A DNA stretch of 64,000 nucleotides from NCBI GenBank assembly GCA_963763665.1, contig CAVXPT010000005.1, positions 573,122 to 637,121 on the forward strand. The letters are read 5' to 3'. The notes beneath the pieces were generated by a model. The model searched no databases, had not been told where the DNA came from, and worked only from the letters and a program-made list of their open reading frames with translations. Positions 48,069 to 57,400 of this stretch are shown piece after piece; positions within the stretch are counted from its first letter, which is position 1, and the number at the start of each line of letters is the position of its first letter. A program made the position numbers and the translations under genes. This DNA comes from an uncultured Acidobacteriaceae bacterium (GTDB taxonomy: Bacteria; Acidobacteriota; Terriglobia; Terriglobales; Acidobacteriaceae).

Positions 48069-49397
48069 CTAATCGATGCCGAACTTGTGCTGCATTTTTT
48101 CGAGTGAGATGCCGCTGGTCTCCGGGTAATAGAAGAAGACGAGGATGAAGTCGACGGCCATCATGGCGGCGAAGAACATGAAGGGATAGGCGCCGGAGGA
48201 CTTGGCCATGATGGGAAACAAGAGCGAGATGAGGACGTTCCAGACCCAGTGCGAGGAGCTGCCGAGGCTTTGGCCTTTGGAGCGGACGCGGTTGGGAAAG
48301 ACCTCGCTGATGTAGACCCAGAGCACCGCGCCCTGCGACATGGCGAAGGAGGCGATGAACGCCATCAGGAGCCAGACGAGCCAGTTCAAGTGGGTATGCG
48401 TATAGAAGACGTAGGAGATCAGGCTGAGGCAGATACCGAGGCCGACGGTTCCGATGAGAAGGAGTTTCTTGCGTCCGAATTTGTCGATGACCGACATGGC
48501 CAGCAGGGTGAAGACCAGGTTGGTGGCGCCGACGGCGATGGCCTGCAGGTTGCCGGAGACTTTGGTCGCACCGGCGAGGGCGAAGATGTCGTTGAGGTAA
48601 TAGAGGACAGCGTTGATGCCGGAGAGCTGGCTGAACATGCCGACGGTGAAGGCGATGACGATGGGCTTGAAGTATTGCCGGGAGAACAATGGGTCCGCGG
48701 TTCCGGCGCGCTCCAGGTGGACGGAGGCGACGATTTCATCCAGCTCTTCCTGAGGTTTCGCCACTCCGGTGAGTTTGAGCACGGAGAGCGCTTCGTGCAG
48801 GCTGGATTGCGTGACCAGCCAGCGCGGGCTGCGCGGAATGACAAAGAGGGTGATCAAAAAGGCTATCGCCGGGATAGCGGAGACGCCGAACATCCAGCGC
48901 CACTCATGCGCGCCGAGGTGCATGCTGCCGATGATGGCGTTCGATACATAGGCGAGCAGGATGCCGACGACGATGTTGACCTGAAAGAATCCGACGAGGC
49001 GGCCGCGCCATTCGGCCGGCGCGATCTCCGCGATGTACATGGGACCGAGAACGGACGATCCGCCGATGCCGAGGCCGCCGATGAAGCGAAAGAAGATGAG
49101 CGCGTGCCAGTTCCAGGCAAAGGCGCAGCCGATGGCGGAGAGCACATAGAAGATGGCCATGACGCGAAGACTGTCGCGGCGGCCGAACTTCTGTCCGGGA
49201 ATGCCGGCGCCCATGGCGCCGATGACGGTGCCTGCGAGAGCGCTGGAGACAGTGACGCCGAGCAGAGCGGGGGTGAGGTGATACACGCTCGTCAAGGCAG
49301 AGGTGGTGCCGGAGATGACGGCGGTGTCGAAGCCGAAGAGCAGGCCGCCCAGCGCGCCGACTATCGTGCTCTTTACTACATGCGAGTTAATGCTCAT
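48069..49397 (-). CDS. Sugar-porter-family MFS transporter (XylE/AraE-like)
   Basis: Motifs GFDTAVISG, GRRDSLRVMA, PRSPRWL, PETSGISLEKMQ and 12 TM segments. Its start overlaps the kinase stop (ATGA). Confidence 0.9.
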   Translation of the reverse strand: MSINSHVVKSTIVGALGGLLFGFDTAVISGTTSALTSVYHLTPALLGVTVSSALAGTVIGAMGAGIPGQKFGRRDSLRVMAIFYVLSAIGCAFAWNWHALIFFRFIGGLGIGGSSVLGPMYIAEIAPAEWRGRLVGFFQVNIVVGILLAYVSNAIIGSMHLGAHEWRWMFGVSAIPAIAFLITLFVIPRSPRWLVTQSSLHEALSVLKLTGVAKPQEELDEIVASVHLERAGTADPLFSRQYFKPIVIAFTVGMFSQLSGINAVLYYLNDIFALAGATKVSGNLQAIAVGATNLVFTLLAMSVIDKFGRKKLLLIGTVGLGICLSLISYVFYTHTHLNWLVWLLMAFIASFAMSQGAVLWVYISEVFPNRVRSKGQSLGSSSHWVWNVLISLLFPIMAKSSGAYPFMFFAAMMAVDFILVFFYYPETSGISLEKMQHKFGID

Positions 49398-50983
49398 TCA
49401 TTCTCCAAAGCGCGCGCATCGGCTGCAATTTCGCGCAGGCGGGGCAGGATGTGCCCGAGCTGCGCGGCCGGCGCGGCGGGATTTCCAAGCGAGAAATAGA
49501 CCTCTCGATACAGTGGGTATACGTTACCGTACGCCGCCGCTGCCCGCTCATCGGGAAGAAATGTTTCGCATGGAGGACACAGGGCCGCCTGCGCCTCCTC
49601 GACCGTTTTGTAGTCGCCTGCGGCGAGAAACGCGAAGATGGCCGAGCCGAGGCTGGTGACATCGCCGAGGGGCACGAGCACCGGCTTGTTCAGCGCATTC
49701 GCGTAGACCTGATTGAGGACACGGTTTTTCTGCGGAATGCCGCCGCCATTGATGATGCGGTTCACGGGCGAGCCGTGCTGCTGCATCTGCTCCAGGATGA
49801 TGCGGGTGTGCAGCGCGGTGCCCTCGATGGCGGCGAAGAGCTCGTCCTGCGCGGTGTGGACGAGGTTCCAGCCGAGCGTGACGCCGCCGAGATTGGGATT
49901 GACGAGGATGGTTCTGTCGCCATTGTCCCAGACGGTGCGGAGGAGGCCGGTTTGTCCGGCTCGGTAGCTTTCGAGGCCGCGGCTTAAATCCGCGACAGAG
50001 GTTGCGGCTCTGCGCGCGATGCCGTCGAAGACATCGCCGACCGCGGAGAGACCGGCCTCAATACCGGTGTAGCCGGGCAGAACGGAGCCGGGGACGACGC
50101 CGCAGACGCCGGGCACGAGGGCCTGTTGATCGCTGACGCCGATGATGCAGGTGGAGGTGCCGATGACGTTGACGACATCGCCGAGACGGATGTTTGCGGC
50201 GACCGCATCCCAATGCGCGTCGAGCGCACCGACGGGGATGGGAATGCCGGCGCGAAGGCCGAGGCGTGCGGCCCATTCGTCGCTGAGCGCACCGGCGATG
50301 CGGTCGGAGGTTTCATAGCGACCAGCGAGCTTCTGGCGGACGCCGGCGAGCAGCGGATCGACGGAGACGAGAAACTCCTCCGAGGGCAGGCCCCCCCACT
50401 TCGCATTCCACATCCACTTGTGGCCCATGGCGCAGATGGAGCGCGGCAGATCGGCGGCGGAGGTGATGCCGCACAGGGTGGCAACGGCCATGTCGCAATT
50501 TTCGAGAGCGGTGACGAAGCGCGCGCGCTTGTCCGGATTGTGGCGCAGCCAGTGCAGGAGCTTGGAGAAACCCCACTCCGAGGAGTAGACGCCGCCACAC
50601 CACGCGATGGCTTCGAGGTGTTGACGGTGGGCAGCTGCGGTGATCTCCTGCGCCTCGCGCCATGCGCGGTGATCGCACCATAGATAGTAGTCGTCGAGCG
50701 GCTCTAAATTTTGGCCGACAGGAATGACGCTGGAGCCGGTGGCATCGAGCGCGAGCGACTGAACTTGATCGCCGCGGACGCCGCTATTTTTGAGCGCACT
50801 GCGCATGGCGAGAGCGAGAGCGTCCATCTGCGCGTGGTGACTCTGCGTGGCGAGATTGGGGTCCTGGGCGGAGCGGCGCAGAGGATACTCCGCGACACCC
50901 GAGCCGAGTCTGCCTTCGCTCTTGCTGAAGAGAGAGACGCGCACGCTCAATGTGCCGAAATCGACGCCCGCAACAATACTCAA
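49394..50983 (-). CDS. araB: AraB-type ribulokinase (FGGY family)
   Basis: Collinear from memory with E. coli AraB: GVDFGTLSVR, GGVYSSEWGFSKLLH, CAMGHKWMWNAKWGGLP, VIGTSTC, GIEAGLSAVGD, GGGIPQKNRVLNQVYANALNKPV. I propose TTG 50983 (MSIVAGVDFG), because the 65 upstream codons of the track ORF run through a REP-like element. Confidence 0.8.
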   Translation of the reverse strand: MSIVAGVDFGTLSVRVSLFSKSEGRLGSGVAEYPLRRSAQDPNLATQSHHAQMDALALAMRSALKNSGVRGDQVQSLALDATGSSVIPVGQNLEPLDDYYLWCDHRAWREAQEITAAAHRQHLEAIAWCGGVYSSEWGFSKLLHWLRHNPDKRARFVTALENCDMAVATLCGITSAADLPRSICAMGHKWMWNAKWGGLPSEEFLVSVDPLLAGVRQKLAGRYETSDRIAGALSDEWAARLGLRAGIPIPVGALDAHWDAVAANIRLGDVVNVIGTSTCIIGVSDQQALVPGVCGVVPGSVLPGYTGIEAGLSAVGDVFDGIARRAATSVADLSRGLESYRAGQTGLLRTVWDNGDRTILVNPNLGGVTLGWNLVHTAQDELFAAIEGTALHTRIILEQMQQHGSPVNRIINGGGIPQKNRVLNQVYANALNKPVLVPLGDVTSLGSAIFAFLAAGDYKTVEEAQAALCPPCETFLPDERAAAAYGNVYPLYREVYFSLGNPAAPAAQLGHILPRLREIAADARALENE

Positions 50984-50999
50984 CGGACTGGCCGTCCGA

Positions 51000-51160
51000 G
51001 GCAAAGGCGCCTGCGGCGCGGTGCTAGCCGCACGGGCAAAGGCGCCTGCGGCGCAAGCTGTGGGTTCGCTTCCGTTGGTCGCTCCGGGACGGAGTTGTGG
51101 GCTTGCCCGCTCACTGCAGGTCCTTCGCTCCGCTCGGGGATGGGGCACCCGTTGTTGTGG
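51000..51160. repeat. Composite REP-like element (family copy 4) with an internal 20-nt direct duplication
   Basis: ggcaaaggcgcctgcggcgc occurs at 51000-51019 and again at 51035-51054. It is followed by cactgcaggtcCTTCGCTcCGCTCgGggATGgggcaccc (51112-51150). Confidence 0.55.
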
Positions 51161-51271
51161 TGACGCGAGCAGTTTCAACAGCAGGTTTCCTCCAATGTGC
51201 GGCTTCGCCGCTCCGGCCGGAATGACGAGTTCATAACAATGACTTCAGCGAGAAAGGTCATTCGTCCAATC

Positions 51272-52907
51272 TCAACTGAAGCTGACGTTACCGCAGAGAT
51301 GCACATGAACACCGAGCGCGTGGAACATGGCCGACTTGACGGCGAGGGCCTGGAGCAGCGCGTTTCTCGTCTGGAGCGTAGGCGATGCTGACGTGGTTGG
51401 CACGATGGCGCGCCATGAAGGAATTGCGCGAGACACCATCGAAGGTGGCGCTGACCATAGGCCACTGGGTGGTGGTCTGCTTCCATCGGCGTTCTGTTTC
51501 TTCCGCGGGAAGAGCGACGACGGAGCCGAGGCCGATGTCTACGTGGAGGCTGCCGGCTTCGACGAAGACGCGGCTCCAGACGATTTTTCCGGGACGGCCT
51601 ATTCCCTTCAGCGTTCCTCCGCCGAGAGGAAAGTACATGGGCGGCTGGCGATCACTGGAGGCGCCACGATAGCCATCGACAAAGTGGCTGGCCGGCGCGG
51701 CGCCGGAGATTTGCAGCACCCACACGAAGTCATCGATGACCGTCTTCCGCTGAAGTGCTCGCCCCAGCGCAGGTCGTGCAGCGTGGTGGCGGGATCGAGT
51801 TTGAGCGCGGTCCAGCAGCGGTTGGTCACGAGAGCGTCGAGGCCGGCGCCTTCGTCGACCTCGTTGAAATGCGGCAGAGGGCCGCCGGCGTAGAGCTCCT
51901 TGCCGGAACGATCGTGCACCGGAGGGCGCTCGCTGTTGTTGAGCAGGCCTTCGACCAGATCCGACGCGGGCACCATGTCCTTGAGGCCCTGCTGGTATTG
52001 AATGCCGATCGCATCGCAGCCGAATTCGTCGGCGATCTGCATAGCGGCGATATACATCTTGCACTGCTCGTGAATCTGCTTGTCGGTGAGCTCCGTTTTG
52101 TCGTCTTTGCCGGTGTTGAAGCGCATGCCTTTTGCATCGAGCCAACGTCTGACAGCGGTGGCCTCGTCGTCGCCGATGAGCCGCATCCTGGCGACAAGCG
52201 CGGACTGGCTGAGCCGTTCCTTGAAGACGCCGAGCGGATTTAACAGCTCGTCGTCGATGATGGCGTTGTACATGCCCATGCAGCCTTCATCGAAGATGCC
52301 GAGGATCGCTTTGTGTTTGAGGAGCTTTGCCGCGAGCTCTTCACCGGTGCTCTTCGCCGATGCGGGCAGCGCGCTCACGTCGAGGTCGCGCACGTGGGAG
52401 AGATCGTGGGTGACGCTTCCCTTCTGAATCCACTCCTGCAGCCGCGTACGGAAATACTCGTCGGTGAAATTTTCGCTCCACAGGGTGTTGAAGGGGACGC
52501 CCGCCTTGACCAGCGAGCCATTCAGATTGAGCAGCCCGACCAGGCCCGGCCACTGGCCGGACCAGTTGGCGACGGTGAGAATGGGCCCGCGATGGCTGCG
52601 CATGCCGGGGAGCACGTGATGCGTGTACTGCCACGCGGCAGTGGCGAAGACGAGGCTGGCATGCGGGATCGATGCCGGCGAAGATGTCCATGCCCATGCG
52701 CTGATTGGAGACGAATCCGTGGCCCTTCGCCGCATCGACCGGAAATGCGCGCTCCACCGCGACGCCTTGCTGCTGAAACGCTTCAGTGAGCTTGCGCTCC
52801 AGTTCTTCCTGAGCCGGCCAACAGACCTGGTTTGCGGATGGCCGCAGGTCTCCGCTGGTGATAAGAACAACCTTTTTTAAAGGTAAGTCCGCGTGCGAAG
52901 GTGACAT
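51272..52907 (-). pseudogene. L-fucose/L-arabinose-isomerase-superfamily gene interrupted by three single-nucleotide frameshifts
   Basis: Four collinear pieces alternate between two frames. They are [32 protein letters not shown], then [37 protein letters not shown], then [38 protein letters not shown], then NALLQALAVKSAMFHALGVHVHLCGNVSFS*. The joins fall at short homopolymers near 52665-52667, 51744-51750 and 51363-51365. The block order resembles E. coli FucI. Confidence 0.75.
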
Positions 52908-52994
52908 GGTTTAGACCCTCTTTCGTGATTCTCTTCCTAGTTCTGCTGCATGACCGTTTTCACAAATCCATTGAACGACAGCTTGTGGAACGTA

Positions 52995-53027
52995 CCTCGC
53001 TCCTTCGCTGCGCGCAGGATGACAATC
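52995..53027. repeat. REP-like intergenic element (family copy 5)
   Basis: cctcgctcCTTCGCTgCGCgCaGgATGACaatcg, lying between the TPR gene stop (53033) and the isomerase start (52907). Confidence 0.5.
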
Positions 53028-53032
53028 GTGTT

Positions 53033-54472
53033 TCAAGGATTGTTCTTCACGATCTCCTCGTCGACACGATTTCGATCGTCGAGACGTTCGAGCTCACCCT
53101 GCGCCTGACTGCGCGCCTTGACATCCTGAGAGACTTTTTCGAATTGACTCAATGCCTGGTTCATCCGCTCCTTGTCGTCCATGCCGCGGTACGCGCGCGA
53201 GAGCAGATAGTAGGCGGTCGCGTCGTCCTTCCTGAGGGACAGATAGTGGGTCAGATGGTTGACCGCCGCTGGATAGTCATTGCGATGCAGATCCAGCTTG
53301 CCAAGCAGACGGTATGCGTCCGGGGGAGGCCGATCCAGGAGGAGAGCGCTCCGGAGAGCCTTCTCCGCTTCGTCATTCTTTCCCATCAACAGCAGCGTCT
53401 GGCCAAGGAGGGTTTGAACACTGGCGGAGTGCGGCTGCTGTTGCAGCTCTGCTTCAAATTCGGCGAGCGCTTCGGCCGACTTGCCGCTGCGCAGCAGGCT
53501 GCTGCCGATCGCTTCATGGATACCGGGCAGATCCGGCTTCAACTGCAGGACGATGCGATATTCGGCGACTGCCTTGTCCTCCTGCTGCCCCAGCACGAAT
53601 GCGTCCGCCATGATCTGGTGAGCGCGATAGGAATCGGGAGCGATGGAGAGGACGTGCTCGAAGGCGTTGCGCGATTTCTGCTCAGCGGCATGCGCCTGGG
53701 CGTAGAGAGCGTCCTCCTTGTTGGTTGCAGCGCTTTCCATCATGGGCGTGGAGGCCGGCTTTCCTCCCATCTCGGTCACGGCTGCGCGGAGTTCTGCGAT
53801 ATCCGGGCGGCGGGTGTTGGCCTGCTCGAAGTCCTCGAGCGCCTTCTTTCGATTTCCCTGCAACTGAAACTGCTCGCCTGCCAATTGCCATGCCCTTCCG
53901 CTGTTCGGTGCAGCCTTCAGGAGTGCGAGGGTACTCCTTTTGCCGATTTGAAGATAAGCATGCCCCAGCGCGTACCAGGCGTCGATGTTGCCGGGGGCAA
54001 GCCGACAGACTTCTTCAAACTGTTTTGCCGCGGCGTCGTACCGTGACTGCGCCACATAGGCGTAGCCCAGCCATGTGTGCGCGATGACGTCCGAGGAACG
54101 GAGACGAACCGCGGTTTCAAGCTCGGGTACCGCCGCATCCGGCTTTGCGAGTTGGTACCACGCCAATCCGCTGAAGAGGTGCGGCGCAAGCAGATTCGGA
54201 CTCAGCGTCATGGCCTTTCGGAGGACGGCGACAGCCTGCTGCCATTGGTGATTGAAATACAGGGCGACGCCCAGGTTGCTCTGCATCTCTGCATTCCGCG
54301 GAAGCTGCCGTGTCAGGTATTCGTATTCGTGCACGGCGCTTGAGAAATCGCCGCGCTGTTCTGCCTCCCGTGCTGCCTGTGCATGGGAAGCCATGTCGTC
54401 AGAGATGGTCTGCGCGGCCAAGGGCCAAGCCATGCTCGCTGCGAGTACGAATTTTGCAGCGAGCATGGCCAT
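53033..54472 (-). CDS. Secreted TPR protein, 479 aa
   Basis: Signal peptide ..AWPLAAQ and TPR units throughout (e.g. AWYALGHAYLQIGKRS, AHQIMADAFVLGQQEDKA, AYRLLGKLDLHRNDYPAA). It starts 6 nt after the stop of the giant TBDR gene. Confidence 0.8.
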   Translation of the reverse strand: MAMLAAKFVLAASMAWPLAAQTISDDMASHAQAAREAEQRGDFSSAVHEYEYLTRQLPRNAEMQSNLGVALYFNHQWQQAVAVLRKAMTLSPNLLAPHLFSGLAWYQLAKPDAAVPELETAVRLRSSDVIAHTWLGYAYVAQSRYDAAAKQFEEVCRLAPGNIDAWYALGHAYLQIGKRSTLALLKAAPNSGRAWQLAGEQFQLQGNRKKALEDFEQANTRRPDIAELRAAVTEMGGKPASTPMMESAATNKEDALYAQAHAAEQKSRNAFEHVLSIAPDSYRAHQIMADAFVLGQQEDKAVAEYRIVLQLKPDLPGIHEAIGSSLLRSGKSAEALAEFEAELQQQPHSASVQTLLGQTLLLMGKNDEAEKALRSALLLDRPPPDAYRLLGKLDLHRNDYPAAVNHLTHYLSLRKDDATAYYLLSRAYRGMDDKERMNQALSQFEKVSQDVKARSQAQGELERLDDRNRVDEEIVKNNP

Positions 54473-54478
54473 AGCGGG

Positions 54479-57400
54479 CTAGAACTCCAGTTTCATACCG
54501 AACTGGATGATTCTGGGGGAATTTTGTTGGGCAGCCATGATGCCAAAGACAGTATTCGACTGCTCCAGCGAGCCAGTGCTGAGGTTCGGCGGAGCCCCAT
54601 TGACGATGAAGGTTTGCGCGTTCCCGCCCGCCGAAAAGATGGTGCGGTTCAGCGCGTTAAAGAAGTTGGCCTGAAACAACAGGTTGAGATTTTCATAGAG
54701 ACTGGTTCGCTTGGAGACGGACAAGTCCTCATTGATATAGGCCGGCATGCGCAGTGCGGAGATCAGGTTAGGCGCGTTGCCAAACTCGCCCGGAGCGGGC
54801 AGAGAAAATGCCGCCGGGTTGATGTAGAACTGGCAGGGATTGCGGCCCGCCGTCGCCTGCACCGGGCCGGAGCAGCTGCGCTTGTACGCGGGATTCTTGA
54901 ACGGCTGTCCGGGAACAATATTCGGACGGAAGCTGTAGCCGTCGCCGGCGGCGAAGAATGGATTCGAGGCGCCGAGTGCGTCGTACTCAATGTGAATAGG
55001 GCGGCCGCTCTGGTATTGGTGGATGCCGGAGACGGACCAGCCTCCCACCACCTTGTTGACCGCTCCGCCGTGATTCAGGAAGCGCTTGCCCTGACCGACA
55101 GGCAGCTCATAGGTATAGCTGAGCGAGACGACATGCGGAATGTCTGAACTGGTGACGGAACGATCGCCTTTGGGATTGTAGTAATCCTGCGAGAAGGAAC
55201 CCGCAAAGATGGCGTTCTCGGCTCCGGCTGTCGCACCGCTATTGGAATCCACGTTTCCGATGGTCTTGGAAAAGGTGTAGGAAAGCAAGAAGGTGAGGCC
55301 CTGCGTGAACCGCTTTTGCAGGCTGCTCTGGAGTCCGTTGTAGGAGACGCTTCCGATGGGGTTGAGCGGATTGTCCACGTCGCCATACTGCGGATACGGG
55401 CGCAGAGCCTGACCGGCGGTGGCTCCATTGCCGAAGACAGAGGTAAAGCCGGGCCACGGATTCTTAATGCCTGCAGCGGCTACGCGAGAGTCCGTGATGG
55501 GCAGCGCCAGGAATTCGTTGAGCGGCAGACCGGCCGCTGCTGCCGCGGCGCTGTAGTTCTGCCTCGCCGCGGTGGGATTCACCTCGTTCGGTTTAGACCA
55601 CACGCCGAGATGGTAGGTGTGCATGCCGACATAGCCGATGGTCGCGATCATGCTGGAGGAGACCTGCTGCTGCATCTGGCCGCTCCAATAGATCTGCGTT
55701 GGAGGTATGCCGGACTTGGGATAGATCAATGGCGGGTTGTCGTTCCCGACCAGAAGCCCCGGATTCAGGTTAGCGCCGCTGACCGAGGAGGCAGGAAACT
55801 GCTTGTCCCAATTGTAGGCTGGCGATCCGATGGAGTCGGAGGGGCGGTTGACGGTTGCAAGTCCGGCGAAGCCGAGCGCGTAGAGGCCGCTGCCGATACC
55901 ATTTTCCAAATTGTCGTTGCCCAGGGGCCGGGTGATGGCGAAGCCTCCGCGGAAGGAGGTCTTGTGATCCGGACCGGGCGAATAGGCGAAACCGATTCTG
56001 GGCTGGAACCCTTTGTAGTCCGTGTTGCCAATGCGCGTTTTGCCGTTCCGGCCGGTGCCGTTGCCATAAAACGAAAACGCACCGGGAATGCCGCCAGCAC
56101 CGGGATTGGCCAGGGCTGGAACCATGGTGGAGACATCGCCCTTCACCTCGGTACGCGGCACCTGCACGTCGTAGCGCAGGCCGAGGTTCAGGGTGAGGTT
56201 GGGGCTGACGCGCCAATCGTCCTGAGCAAAGCCGCCAACCTGCCACCAGCGATAGCCCTGCGATACGGGATAGTCGAAGCGAGAGAAATCCATTCCGCCG
56301 AAGAGGAAGCTTGCAGCCGCGTTGCCGGTGCCCGCAGGAATCGATACTGCATTCCCATTTGCAAAGCCGGTGCCGTTCAGGGCTGTTTGTGTGGTTTCAA
56401 AGGTGAAGCTGCCGGTGGGAATGCCCTGTTCATTCCGCTGCAGCCGCCGCAGCTCGCCACCCACAGTAATGGTATGGCGGCCGCGAATCATGGTGACGTT
56501 GTCGTTGACGATGTAGCGGTTTTCCGCGTCGGAGGAAGCGGGACCGCCGCCGATGCCGTTCTGCACCGTACCGATACCGATGGAGGGATATGGACTATCG
56601 GAAGCGAGCTCTGGAAGGCCCGTGATGCCGAGCGCGGCCAGACCCGGACCGGGCTGCAGCGGTCCGTTGAATCCGGTATCGCGAAGGAAACCTATATTGA
56701 GGTTATTCAGCAGGGTGGGCGAGTGCGTGTAGTTGTAAGTCAGGCGGAACTGCTTGGTGGGCGCGGTGGTCGAAGTGGCGTCGAGCAGATTGAGAGTGCC
56801 GTTGGTGGAATGAGAGAAGCCGCCCATGAAGACACTTCCTGCGATGGAATGCTTCTCGTTGATGTGCTCGTCGATTTTGACGACCAGGCGGTGCTCATCA
56901 GTCTTGGTGCTTTGCTGGCGAACAAAGTTGTCAAAGATGGCGTCGTTGCTTGCGGTTGGGAAGCTCTGCAGAACCTTTTGAGAGACCGAACTAAGGCCGG
57001 GCGCGCCGGAAGGAATGACGTTGCCGGGAAACGGATCGCGAACCTGATAGCTCTTTCCGTCCGGACCGACGACGGTGTGCACGGAGAGCGGGTTATAGAC
57101 CTCTCCGGTATAAACAGGACGGCCCATCGGATCGAAGATCGGCTTTCCCGATGCGGAGTCCACAAGTTGTGCGCCCAGCGCAGGCGCGAAATTCCCGCTG
57201 CGAAAAGAATTGGGGATGGTGGTGAGGGTGGCGTTGTTGGCGCTGGGACGATACTTAAAGCCGGTGTAGTCCACGAAGAAGAAGGTTTTGTCGCGGCCGT
57301 TATAGAGCTTGGGAATCCAGACCGGGCCGCCAAAGGTGCCGCCGAACTCGTTCTGCCTGAGCGGCGCCTTCTTCAATCCCAGCTTGTTGGTGACGTAGCC

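Noticed and set aside
50984-51178. 65-codon N-terminal extension of the ribulokinase ORF in the track
   Set aside because: The extension runs through a REP-like element that has a 20-nt direct duplication. The conserved kinase N-terminus (VAGVDFGTLSVR) begins right after an in-frame TTG at 50983.
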